Virus record (IMG/VR): IMGVR_UViG_3300031539_000002
Length of the DNA: 64,000 nucleotides
Direction: 5' to 3' (one strand)
Source of the DNA: a virus
Of the stretch, positions 19,901 to 28,821 are shown in pieces (position 1 is the stretch's first letter; the number at the start of each line of letters is the position of its first letter). The notes under the pieces are model-generated. The model did not search any database. It was not told the origin of the DNA and saw only the letters and a list, made by a program, of their open reading frames with translations. The position numbers and the translations under genes are program-made.

Positions 19901-22900
19901 CCCAGACCGCGTCAACACTCGAACGAACCACGGCGTCTCGTACCCCGATGCCGGGTACACGCACGGCGAGGACTACGTTAGTTCCGTCGTGCGTCGGTGG
20001 GAGGCACAGAAACGTCTGCAGGACATCAAGCGTCCTGAGGCGGCAGCCGTGGCCCTCATTGAGGCGATCGATGAGGCTGACAGCCCGTTCAATCCGGTCC
20101 GCACCACGGACAAGATGCGAACGACGAGCCAGCTTACCATCGACACGACCAACCCGAGGTTGCTGCTCTATCTGATCCCTGGCCACGCCAAGGTCGTCAA
20201 GCGTCGCAACACGCTGCCGGATGGGCGCAAGCCCAAGATCCCTGTCCGTGTCTTCAAATACCGCAACAAGATGGAAGACCGGAAGAAGCCGGTCAACAAA
20301 GACGCCGCCTTGATCGAACGCGTCGCAGCCCGATCATTGGACAAGCTCCCCGGTGGGTTGGCCGATGAGAAGAAGCCTGAGGATTTCGATCCCGAACAGA
20401 TCGCCAAGGGCACTAAGGTCGAGCTTGAGCATACGGATGACCGTGCAGTGGCCCGTGAAGTGGCGATGGATCATCTCACTGAGGACCCGAAGTACTACGA
20501 CAAGCTTGAGACCATCGAGAAGCACGGCGCCCGCTACAAGTCCAAGAAGAAGGTCAAGACCAAGGACGGCGACGAGATGACGGTCTACGAGTACAGCGAC
20601 CGTCAAATCGCTGATCGGAACCGGGGCAAAGCAGAACGCATCGAGAAACTGCGCAAGCAGATGAAGAAGCTCCAGACCAAGGTCCGCAAGGACGTGAACT
20701 CCAAGGACGAGAAGACTCGTGACCTCGCGCTGGCAGTCGGCTTGATGGACGAGACCTTTGAGCGTGTTGGCAACGACGGGAGCGCCAAGGAAGGCCACTT
20801 CGGCGTCACCACCTGGCGGGTGAAGCACATGACCTTCGGTAAGGGCGGCGTCACGATCACGTACGTCGGCAAGTCGGGGGTTGACCAGAAGAAGAAGGTC
20901 ACGAACCCGCGCATCGTTTCGGGTCTCAAGGACGCCTGCAAAGACAAGGAGCCCAACGCTTGCGTCCTGAGCGTCACGGCTTCCGAAGTCAACGAATACC
21001 TCAAGCCGCTCGACATCACCGCCAAGGACATCCGAGGGTTCCACGCGAACCAGAAGATGAAAGAGGAACTCCGAAAGGTCCGCAAGGGGAAGCTCCCCGA
21101 AGACCCCAAGGAGAAAGAGAAGAAGCTCAAGGACGAGTTCAAGAGTGCCCTCGAGGCCACTGCTGACGCGGTAGGCCACGAGGCATCAACCTTGCGCAGC
21201 CAATACCTCGTCCCAGGCCTGGAGGATGACTACATGAGAGACGGGACCGTCAATGAGAGTCACACCAAAAAGGGCTCTACCCTCCACACCGCGGCGTTGG
21301 ACGGAACCCCAACAGAGCGCCACATCCTTGCCCATGCCCAACTCGCTCCGGTCCTGGTAACCGCCAACCGACGTTGGTGGATTCAAAAAGCTCCGAACCT
21401 GTACCGAATCGCGCGTGAAGACGAGAGGCCGCGCCCCCATATCGAGGGTGTTCGTTTCCCGCCAGAGGTCTTCACAGTGCTCTGGTACGAGGACGACGAC
21501 GGCAATCGCTATGAGATGCCCGAGGATGGTCCCGAGCATCCCGAAGGCGCCAAGTACCAACTCAGCCAGTTCCCGAACTACCTGCACGACAGCATGTTGC
21601 AGCTCAACGAGGATGGCACCTCTACGGAGATCATGAGCGGTCAGCGAGGGTTCCCTGAGGACCTTGTGACCTCCATGGTGCGCAGCGGCGAGTGGGACGT
21701 GGGCGACGCCATCATGGTCGGCGGCACGAGCTGCGAGCGCTGCATGAACGTCTTGTGCAATCGCTACTTGGGCCCGGAGGAAGGCTACCCCTACGACTCG
21801 GAAGAGTATTGGCAGTGCGGGACCCGATGCGCCATGTGTGGGCACGTCGACAACACCAACGAGCGGGTGGTCCGACAGCCCCGCTATGCGTCTCCGAGCT
21901 ACGACAGTTACGTCCAGCGCAAGCGCAGAGAAGGCGGCCCTGTGCTGTCCCGTGATGAATGGGAAGCCAAGGTCATGGGCGTCGAAGATGACGCTGACGA
22001 GACCCCTGAGGCTACCCGTGAAGACTGGGAGGCCCGTCGCAATGCTCTCATGGAGGAGCACGGCCTCGACAAGTTCCATTCGTCGTACCGTCCTGACGAG
22101 AAGCACATGACGATTGACCTCATCTCCGTTCCCAAGGAGAACAAGGGTCAAGGCAGTGCTTCAAAGGCCATGAAAGAGACGCTGGCGTGGGCTGACTCCA
22201 ACGGCGTCACGGTCACGTTGTCGCCAACTTCTGAGTTCGGTGCCTCCAAGAAGCGCCTTGAGAAGTGGTATCGCAGCATGGGCTTCGTGCCGAACAAGGG
22301 GCGCAACAAAGACTTCCGGTTCACAGACGCGATGCTCCGCGAGCCGCAGGCCAAAACGGCCACGAAATCCGATGCGGAGAACGAAGATGAGGCGGTGGCG
22401 AAGATGCTCCGCAAGGAGCCCAAACTCAAGCCTCCGCGCTACGACCTTCGTGACAACCGTACTCTCGACGACGACGACCCTGAGGACGATCTTGGCGGTG
22501 GCGATGACGGCGACCGCGACATGTCCATGAAGTGGAACAAGGTGGCGAGCCGCGTGGCTTTCCGTTGGACAGCGATTGGGCCTCGAGTCCCACGACCTGA
22601 ACGCGTTGCTCGACTGTTCTTGGCGGAGGCGCCCCCAAAGGACAAAGCCCAGCCCAAGAGCGGTCCGAGCTTCGAGGAGTGGGTCAAGAACCAGAAATTC
22701 AAGCACCCTGAGACCAGCAACGATGTTGGGTTCTCATCGCTCCCCTCTGACGAGCAGGCCAAGATCCGCGAGAAGTGGAAGGGTCAGCAACAGCCTGAGG
22801 ATGAGAGCGGCAAGGACAAGGGGAAGGGTGATGAGGATGCGAAGCGCACCAAAGAAGACGTGCAGGTCGACCTCAATAACGCGCGCGACGAGATGCGGGA

Positions 22901-25900
22901 CCTAGAGTCCCAGATGGGCGACATCGAGAACGAGATCAAAGACCTCGAGGCCAAACTTAAAGGGTTCAAGCAGTACGAAAATCTCTCAGGCGATGCCAAG
23001 AAGCAGATAGACGAGCATGTTCGGGACACCCAACGTGCCATTGGCCGCAAGAAGGATGAACTTGAGGACAAGAAGGAAGAGTTCGACGAAGCGAAGGAGA
23101 AGGTCAAAGAGCTCAGGGCTGAGCGAAAGGACCCCGGCTTCGCTCAAGCCAAGCGCAAGGAGCAGGCTCGCAAGCAGCGAGCCGAACGGGTGAGCCGTGC
23201 TGTCCTCAAGGCGCAAGGAGACATGCAGAAACTCCTCGGTAACGAGGATACCCAGATCCCAGGGGTCCTTGCCAAGCAGATTGCCAAGGCACTCAACAAC
23301 CTCGATGAGTCTGAGGTGGAGTCCTTTTCGATTGATTTTCAGGACACGCTCCAAAAGTTGATGGGGATGGACTCGAGTTCGGATGAGGCACTTGAGTTGG
23401 CGTCTCAAGCCGCCAAGTTTGGTGACCTCCATGGCCTTACTGATCCGGGGGAGTTGGCCGTGCGAATGGCTCAGCTCAGCTATGCGCAGAACGTCGTCGC
23501 CAATCCGATGAACATCGGGGGAAAGCCGGTCGGCGTCACGGAGATGGACAGTGACAAGTACGCCGAACGTGCTCGCGCATCCTACGACCAGTTTCAGAAC
23601 CTGCCGTCCTCTTTGCGTACGCAGGCTGCGAGGCAAGTGACGGAGGCGCTCGAGGGTCTGGACCCTGAGACGCACCGCTCACAGGAACTCAATGCCATTT
23701 TGACGGGCATGAACCTTGCTCAGGTGGCGGCGACGGGGGACTCCCTCCCAGGGCGCCCTCAACCGAGCAAAGGGATGGCGTCAGTCATCCAAGCGATGGC
23801 TGAAAAGGGCGATGTTGATGCCCTCTTCACTACTTCGGAGGACTACTTTGCAGAGCAAGCTCGCGGGAAGATGGAGAAGAGTCTTGATGACATGACGCCA
23901 CTTGAGGTGGCTCAGTTGGCCACACAAGGGGATTCCAATCACGGCTACGCGGGGATGGTCAAATTGATTGAGGAGGAGTCTACGCCTGATGTCATGAGAG
24001 CCATGATGAAAGACTATCTTATCCAAGACATCCTCAACGATCAGTGGGGCGACCGAGCCATCCGCGACACGATGCAGGCTGCGGGTCTTGTGGATGCTGA
24101 TGACCCCGAGGTACGCGCAGGAGTGGTGGGTGAAGCTAACGAGCGCATGAAGCCTCGGATGGAGCAGATGCTTGAGGCGCGGGAGCGTATTGCTCAAGCC
24201 GAGAAAGAAGGCAAAAAACCGGATCCCGAAGACGAGGCCATTGTTGCAGGCGTCTTGGACAAGGAAAAGGGTACCGGTCTACGTGAGAAGGCGAAGGCTG
24301 TTCTCGATACGATCAAGGACAAGTTCAAGAAGGTCGTCATCTCCCCGGCGAGCGCGGTGCTCCAGCACTTCGTCAACACGGGTGACCGAAAAGTGCTCGA
24401 GCAAGAGACGCTGCCACATCCTGATGAGAAGGCCAAAGCACCTCGTCCCAAGGAAGAGCGTGATGAGGCTCGTGGAGGCGAGAGCACGGCACCGAAGTCG
24501 AAGCGCGAGCGCATGATCGAACGTGTGCGTCTCAAGGCTGAGAGGGTCAAGCTCAAGGCACAGCGCGACAAGGTGAAGGGCGACGAGAAGGGCAAGTACG
24601 ACGAGAAGATCAAGGACCTCGATGGGAAGATCGAGGGCCTGTCGAAAGAGCCTGAGAGCGACGAGTCCGAGAGCGAGCAGCCCAAATCCCGCGAGGATTA
24701 CCGAGCGAAGTTCGATGGCTCGACGTGGGGTGACGACGACGCGGGCACCGAGTACCACGTCGGGGATCTCATCCATAAGGCTGAGTCCAAGGAGGTCGAA
24801 GAGGTTCCGATCGCGGACATCGAGGAGAGCCTCAAGAATATCTCGGCAGACGAGCCGGTGGGTTCGCCCGAGTTCAAAGAGCGAGCTGACAAGGCCGACC
24901 TCAAGTATCCCGTCGTTCTCATGCGACAGGAAGACGGCTCCCTCGAGATCGTGGATGGCTCCCATCGAGCTTGGAAGGCACGCGAGACGAAGCAGCCGTT
25001 GAAGGCTCGGATTCTGGAGCCCGCCGATCTTGAAGATCTTGAGCAGGTCTCCGACGCTGATCGTGAAAAGTGGGACGAAAACGTCGAGTCTCAGGACGAC
25101 GAGGAGCACGGCCCCGGCGACGTTTGGGAGACCGAGCAGGGCAACTGGCGCGCCAAGAACCCGGACGGCGTCCCCAAATCATTCAAGGACAAGGACAAGG
25201 CTGAGATCTACGCCAAGGGCCCAGACGAGAAGGAGTCCGAGGGGAGCGCTGAGAAGCCCAAGGGAGCGCCCGACGAGGCTGAGGGGAAAGGCCAAGCCGA
25301 GAAGGACGAAACGGCTGAGGGAGCGTCTGAGGGAGCGTCTGAGGGCGCCTCTGAGAAGCCCAAACAGCAGCGCCGGGCCGTCAAGGACGAGCACTTCGAC
25401 CGCACGCAGGATGCTGTGGACTCCGTAGGAGCACCCATCCAGGAGAGCTTTACGAAGCTGGCGGACGACCCTGCTTTCCTCAAGATGAGCCCGCAAGAGC
25501 GATACACGCGTCTCGGAGAGACGCTCAAGGAGGCCATTCCTGGTGCTCGAGCGATCCAAGTGCCTGGGGCCGGTTCTAACGCTCCCATCAGCATCACGGT
25601 GCCCGAGGAACACCGAGCTCCCGGCGTGACCTCCCGGCAGAAGATTCGCTTGCAGCCCAACAGCACGGGTGGCGAGGCGTCGGGTAAGGGCGGCCATCTG
25701 GGGCTCGGTGTGAAGGACCTGCTTGAGGCCAAGACGCCCGAGGAGATCAAGAATGCGACTGCGCGGGTCATGGGCACGATGGTGCATGAGATGACCCACA
25801 TTTACGGGCATCATGGGACCAACCCCGATGAGTTTGACGATGAGGACAAGAAGGTGCGCCACATCCGATACATCTCGGACCCGGGGGAGATGCGGGCCCA

Positions 25901-26297
25901 CGCGAAGGAATTCGCGTGGCGTTACGCTCAGGACCACCCCGATGAGGGGGAGGTCGACATCGACAAATTAGAAGAGGCTCACAAGGGAGTGGGTAAGGAT
26001 TGGAAGATCCGGCAGTACTTCCAACAGCTCGGTGACAAGGAAGTCCAAGCCAAGTACGACCCTGAGGTCCAGAAGCTCATGCAGGACACGCATGAGGAGA
26101 TGGGCGACTTGGTGCAGCACTACGTCGACGAGTACCGGAAGCGCAATGGCCAACAGCGCAAGATGGGGAGCCGCGTGGCCCAAGCGTGGCTCGAGAAGGA
26201 ACGTCCCGTTCGCATGGCGAATGACTGGTTGGCACACGTCCGTTCGTTCCATCCAGACGACCCAAAACGTCCGATTGTCGTGCTCGACGCGGCTTGA
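16920..26297 (+). CDS. Giant polyvalent protein (3125 aa): ART, second ART-like, ParB x2, Ntn-hydrolase, DUF5661-like, topoisomerase IB, GNAT, coiled coil, zincin
   Basis: LFRG/SSFT/EVEF; NPL..GYDGI..EIVVL; DGHHR and DGSHR; A-CIIA..KNRD..GVNEHG..TNHG; GTKVELEHT..AMDHLTEDPKYY; RVGN..GKSG..KDIR..GH..SQY; VPKENKGQG..WYRSMGF; HEMTH..E. Confidence 0.85.
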   Translation: MNALVARVAARHMAAQDDFSVGDEVLFGKYKNKRGKIVRLFEDERGIPSVEIEPIPKGRKQNRVIGLYKIWKGDHRKQAAYSKEFLEFVQGRRFQNPDTGNQVLFQSLEVPEQVKIYQQWGAAQNAQEEKPEGRERHEPGRLPPAWNRDSDMARKVEKLAEEYATEYEDFFDGMRQVSVEDERYRGAEFAGEAVMLREWDRHIPGYVRLPPSSTLEAMSDEDRRIALTSWDAGVKFMDEVLGDGERLSLLETMKPSGEGGSLGSPGEGWIDSTHSPGAQRLQGALRELGIETHLPSRGIEDHAKWRDEGASNDLLKSALTKAMAWQRAYFAAMGVEDVMLFRGASLGDEVARQQEPHPTDKQQKYLPQGIPVTLQSRQELSSFTMDPYVAYNFTHRNRSPGESDESYESRAGNSLRGAVAYRVPVDRIVLSPAAIPQLGPATPKIKEGYREVEFIVGGIGELEGRTLPSLDAGYGAGRYDPEKMKLATKITIEMSDEDEDAWHKSVRRENKGDRRKQAAYSKEFLDSVQGQRFRNPDTGNKVVFKSLSEAEQRKIHERWEARHRSQDASGPTVTERGRTFETGKPVAFEFLRNTEKAPKAPSDSDPYQQKIEPAGFYVTHKDTDGDPLPGYDTGTISFQNPLVLAVNTNPDGPIYDENSWKAQLERQYGKRGKALTKALQADGYDGIVTVTQVRGKPYTSEIVVLDSEKSVQKGDDRKRRAQEIAGMGYEAAAQLDNDELDSVAFGVKQGVQDLRIDQLKVKYDADLEQAEHAVSREPDRWKEHLDEPIEVRFKDGEFHIEDGHHRYVTAQRMGRDSVKVDLTIDDNPVKKIFEMAGKKMASFHREACIIAGRRFGDSLCLIKNRDRAYDAELEIVHLEKDGTEMAVILDTVTGYMEGVNEHGIAVVNTTLMVVRDEAEGKKKSPNGDKGKKPLTSKDGPKIYRALACDNIEDALESLRTDDNGIRGHTFVADGNKLFSIECSKTHPARVTELDPDRVNTRTNHGVSYPDAGYTHGEDYVSSVVRRWEAQKRLQDIKRPEAAAVALIEAIDEADSPFNPVRTTDKMRTTSQLTIDTTNPRLLLYLIPGHAKVVKRRNTLPDGRKPKIPVRVFKYRNKMEDRKKPVNKDAALIERVAARSLDKLPGGLADEKKPEDFDPEQIAKGTKVELEHTDDRAVAREVAMDHLTEDPKYYDKLETIEKHGARYKSKKKVKTKDGDEMTVYEYSDRQIADRNRGKAERIEKLRKQMKKLQTKVRKDVNSKDEKTRDLALAVGLMDETFERVGNDGSAKEGHFGVTTWRVKHMTFGKGGVTITYVGKSGVDQKKKVTNPRIVSGLKDACKDKEPNACVLSVTASEVNEYLKPLDITAKDIRGFHANQKMKEELRKVRKGKLPEDPKEKEKKLKDEFKSALEATADAVGHEASTLRSQYLVPGLEDDYMRDGTVNESHTKKGSTLHTAALDGTPTERHILAHAQLAPVLVTANRRWWIQKAPNLYRIAREDERPRPHIEGVRFPPEVFTVLWYEDDDGNRYEMPEDGPEHPEGAKYQLSQFPNYLHDSMLQLNEDGTSTEIMSGQRGFPEDLVTSMVRSGEWDVGDAIMVGGTSCERCMNVLCNRYLGPEEGYPYDSEEYWQCGTRCAMCGHVDNTNERVVRQPRYASPSYDSYVQRKRREGGPVLSRDEWEAKVMGVEDDADETPEATREDWEARRNALMEEHGLDKFHSSYRPDEKHMTIDLISVPKENKGQGSASKAMKETLAWADSNGVTVTLSPTSEFGASKKRLEKWYRSMGFVPNKGRNKDFRFTDAMLREPQAKTATKSDAENEDEAVAKMLRKEPKLKPPRYDLRDNRTLDDDDPEDDLGGGDDGDRDMSMKWNKVASRVAFRWTAIGPRVPRPERVARLFLAEAPPKDKAQPKSGPSFEEWVKNQKFKHPETSNDVGFSSLPSDEQAKIREKWKGQQQPEDESGKDKGKGDEDAKRTKEDVQVDLNNARDEMRDLESQMGDIENEIKDLEAKLKGFKQYENLSGDAKKQIDEHVRDTQRAIGRKKDELEDKKEEFDEAKEKVKELRAERKDPGFAQAKRKEQARKQRAERVSRAVLKAQGDMQKLLGNEDTQIPGVLAKQIAKALNNLDESEVESFSIDFQDTLQKLMGMDSSSDEALELASQAAKFGDLHGLTDPGELAVRMAQLSYAQNVVANPMNIGGKPVGVTEMDSDKYAERARASYDQFQNLPSSLRTQAARQVTEALEGLDPETHRSQELNAILTGMNLAQVAATGDSLPGRPQPSKGMASVIQAMAEKGDVDALFTTSEDYFAEQARGKMEKSLDDMTPLEVAQLATQGDSNHGYAGMVKLIEEESTPDVMRAMMKDYLIQDILNDQWGDRAIRDTMQAAGLVDADDPEVRAGVVGEANERMKPRMEQMLEARERIAQAEKEGKKPDPEDEAIVAGVLDKEKGTGLREKAKAVLDTIKDKFKKVVISPASAVLQHFVNTGDRKVLEQETLPHPDEKAKAPRPKEERDEARGGESTAPKSKRERMIERVRLKAERVKLKAQRDKVKGDEKGKYDEKIKDLDGKIEGLSKEPESDESESEQPKSREDYRAKFDGSTWGDDDAGTEYHVGDLIHKAESKEVEEVPIADIEESLKNISADEPVGSPEFKERADKADLKYPVVLMRQEDGSLEIVDGSHRAWKARETKQPLKARILEPADLEDLEQVSDADREKWDENVESQDDEEHGPGDVWETEQGNWRAKNPDGVPKSFKDKDKAEIYAKGPDEKESEGSAEKPKGAPDEAEGKGQAEKDETAEGASEGASEGASEKPKQQRRAVKDEHFDRTQDAVDSVGAPIQESFTKLADDPAFLKMSPQERYTRLGETLKEAIPGARAIQVPGAGSNAPISITVPEEHRAPGVTSRQKIRLQPNSTGGEASGKGGHLGLGVKDLLEAKTPEEIKNATARVMGTMVHEMTHIYGHHGTNPDEFDDEDKKVRHIRYISDPGEMRAHAKEFAWRYAQDHPDEGEVDIDKLEEAHKGVGKDWKIRQYFQQLGDKEVQAKYDPEVQKLMQDTHEEMGDLVQHYVDEYRKRNGQQRKMGSRVAQAWLEKERPVRMANDWLAHVRSFHPDDPKRPIVVLDAA

Positions 26298-26528
26298 AGG
26301 TCGAAAAACCTTCCTTAGAAACCTCCTTTGGCCCTCGGTCAAGGTTTCTAAGGAAGCAAACCATCCCTAGCAGGCCCTAAGTAGGTTTTCCGTCCTCAGA
26401 AGGTGCGGTTGAACTTCCTTGGAGGGGTCTAGGTGCTCAGACCTTCCCTGAGAACCTTGGTCGAGGTCTGACCGAGGGTGTCGGGGAAGGTTTGTGAACT
26501 GAAAAGTGCGGATTATTCCGTTTTTCAC
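26296..26528 (+). ncRNA. Candidate structured RNA / multi-hairpin element
   Basis: Perfect 15-bp IR 26310-26324/26342-26356; long stem 26438-26494 with G-U pairs on the + strand; further hairpins at 26296-26313 and 26500-26527. Confidence 0.4.
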
Positions 26529-26541
26529 CTTATAGCGCGAC
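26520..26541 (+). promoter_or_regulatory. Putative late-promoter motif (variant)
   Basis: GTTTTTCACCTTATAGCGCGAC. Confidence 0.45.
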
Positions 26542-26611
26542 CCAAATAGACGAAGGGCTGCCCCTCCTCTCGGAGGGTCTCTGTGCGCCCATTTTCGCCA
26601 GGAGAAATTCA

Positions 26612-27121
26612 ATGCCGGATCAGCTCACGAAACAAGGCGCCTTGCAGGTCTCGAGCGACCTCGACCGCCTCGCCACCCTCTTCCAATCTGAAACCGACAC
26701 TCTTGGGGTAACCGAGAAGATCGCCAAGGACTTCGCCCTTCGTTGCGACATCCTGGCCGATCATGTCGAGAAGAAGGCTGGAGTCGAGCGCGACGAGGAC
26801 GGCACCATCAAGGACCCCGACCTCAACAAGTACGCCTCTGCACTCTCCAAGCGGGCCCAGATGGACCCCACGAAGAACATCTCCATCGACCACGGCAGCG
26901 GTTTCAACCCCGCCGAGATCGGTGAGGAGCAGTCCAAGGCCCTTCTGCGCAATCAAGACGAGCCCTACATGGACGTCTTCAAGCAGGACGAGTTCGACCA
27001 GCTTCGTGAAGTTCAGCAGAACGGCATGTTCTCGAACGCGAAGTCGGCAGCCGCCGTCATCGCCAAAATGGCCAAGCTGCTCAGCGACAACAACATCAAG
27101 TTCCCTGTCGCCGTCGGCTAA
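26612..27121 (+). CDS. Hypothetical head-associated protein
   Basis: AGGAG RBS, strongly biased codons, first gene of the head operon. Confidence 0.75.
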   Translation: MPDQLTKQGALQVSSDLDRLATLFQSETDTLGVTEKIAKDFALRCDILADHVEKKAGVERDEDGTIKDPDLNKYASALSKRAQMDPTKNISIDHGSGFNPAEIGEEQSKALLRNQDEPYMDVFKQDEFDQLREVQQNGMFSNAKSAAAVIAKMAKLLSDNNIKFPVAVG

Positions 27122-27187
27122 CACCCCTGGCGGCTTTTCACGTTCCGGTTCTCGGAGCGTCGTCAAGCCGCCTTCATGGGACGCCTC

Positions 27188-28186
27188 ATGCCCAGTCTCT
27201 CCCTACAGCAGACCAGAACGTACATCGACAGGCTCGGTGATCTCGAAAACGAGCTCACCCGATCCTGTCGTGTCGCAGAGGTCATGTCCAAAGGCGCCGA
27301 CAAAGATCAGGCGGCCGCGGGCGGTCGTCTGAAAGACGCCTGCGACTCGGCGCGGGAGCACCTCAAGTACGTCGCGGAGGCGAAGACACGCCTGCTCGAG
27401 TTCGATGGGTTCCTGCATGCGCAAAGCCAGACCATCCGTGAGTCGCTCGATCGACCACACATGGTCTCGTTCATGAACGAGGTGGGCTCCAAACTGGGGC
27501 GCTCCATGGAAAGTCACGTCGAAGCCATCGTCAGCGGTGCCATCGACGCCCTTCGCAGAGTCGCCGGCTCCATCAAGGACATGCGCGATGCGAAGGCTGG
27601 TACCGAGGGCGACGCGTCCGCCAAGGGGAGTGCCAAAGCACTCGACAAGATCTGTGACGCTGCTGAGAAGGCCATTCGAGAAGGGGTCAAGGAGCGCAAA
27701 GCTGCTCCGGCACCTGCTCCTGAGGTCGAAGTTGAAGTCGAAGTCGAACTCGACGAGGAGACCGAAAAAATGGCAGCACATGGTTACAACCTGACAGCAG
27801 GCCTTCCTCCCGAGTTCTTGGAGAATATCCAGAAGAAAAAGGATGAAGCCAAGGGCAAGAAGGACGACGACAAAGAGGACGAGAAAGACGCGGGCAAGAA
27901 AGCCTACGTCCAAGTCCAATACCTGACGGCGGGCCTTCCTCCTGAGTTCCTGGAGAACATCCAGAAGAAAAAGGACGAAGCCAAGGGCAAGAAGGACGAC
28001 GACAAAGAGGACGAGAAAGACGCGGGCAAGAAAGCCCACGGCTACACCCTCACCGCCGACTCCTTGACCCCCGGCAATGAATCCAAAGGCCCCAAGGACG
28101 AGGGCGAAGAAGACGAGGGTTGGGTTCCGGGTCATCGCACCGATGGCAAGGACAAGAAGGCCCACGGCTACACGCTTACTGCGTAG
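27188..28186 (+). CDS. Head-associated protein with repeated KKAHGYxLTA units
   Basis: Helical N-half; near-exact duplication of LTAGLPPEFLENIQKKKDEAKGKKDDDKEDEKDAGKKA; start could be 27176. Confidence 0.7.
   Translation: MPSLSLQQTRTYIDRLGDLENELTRSCRVAEVMSKGADKDQAAAGGRLKDACDSAREHLKYVAEAKTRLLEFDGFLHAQSQTIRESLDRPHMVSFMNEVGSKLGRSMESHVEAIVSGAIDALRRVAGSIKDMRDAKAGTEGDASAKGSAKALDKICDAAEKAIREGVKERKAAPAPAPEVEVEVEVELDEETEKMAAHGYNLTAGLPPEFLENIQKKKDEAKGKKDDDKEDEKDAGKKAYVQVQYLTAGLPPEFLENIQKKKDEAKGKKDDDKEDEKDAGKKAHGYTLTADSLTPGNESKGPKDEGEEDEGWVPGHRTDGKDKKAHGYTLTA
27790..28036 (+). repeat. Intragenic tandem duplication (132-nt period)
   Basis: ~27790-27904 and ~27922-28036 encode identical peptides and differ by a few synonymous changes. 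Confidence 0.85.
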
Positions 28187-28196
28187 GAGGATCTTG

Positions 28197-28820
28197 ATGG
28201 AGCGACGAGCAGACGAAGGTAACTGGCAAGCCCGTGGACAAGAGTTCCGCGTGGGTCAGACCGTGCAGCTCGTCAACGGGGGCGAGACGGATGTGGGGCG
28301 CGTCGTTGCGGTCTGGCCGGGCATCGGCATGTGTGACGTGCAGTTCCCACACACGAGCTACCGCTTCCCCGTCGAAGACCTCCAGATCATCAATCAAGGG
28401 GACGACCCCTTCATCGCTCCCATGCACGAGGACGTTCCGGGTGGCCCCGGCTCCGAAGGCGACGTGTCCGAAGGCGCTCCTGCCACCAACGTCATCGAGG
28501 GCGAAGTGCCCCGCATCGAACTCGTCCACGAGGTCGGCAAGACCGCCGAGGAAATGACGAGCCGCGTTGCTCAAGCTTTTGTGAAGAAGTCGCTCTACTG
28601 GCACGCCACCGATCGCAAATATCGGGTGAGCCGTGAAGAGCACGCGAACGGTCACTACAAGTGCCCGGCCAAGTCCTGCACAGGCCACCTGCGTCGCGCG
28701 AACTACAAGATGGAGGACGGCCGCATGGTCAAACTCCACGCCTGCCCCGAGTGCCTGTTCATGATCCGAGCTTCGGACATCATGGACGACCATTGCGCTT
28801 CGTCGAAGGGAGCTGCCTGA
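28197..28820 (+). CDS. SH3-like + Zn-ribbon protein
   Basis: AGGAGG RBS; FRVGQTVQL..GRVVAVW; CPAKSC...CPEC; linker KTAEEMTSRVAQAF. Confidence 0.65.
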   Translation: MERRADEGNWQARGQEFRVGQTVQLVNGGETDVGRVVAVWPGIGMCDVQFPHTSYRFPVEDLQIINQGDDPFIAPMHEDVPGGPGSEGDVSEGAPATNVIEGEVPRIELVHEVGKTAEEMTSRVAQAFVKKSLYWHATDRKYRVSREEHANGHYKCPAKSCTGHLRRANYKMEDGRMVKLHACPECLFMIRASDIMDDHCASSKGAA

Positions 28821-28821
28821 T

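Noticed and set aside
25314-25355. 12-nt tandem repeat (EGAS x3)
   Set aside because: Ordinary slippage in a low-complexity linker
26296-26600. tRNA gene
   Set aside because: No T-loop GTTCRA, D-loop or cloverleaf spacing recognised
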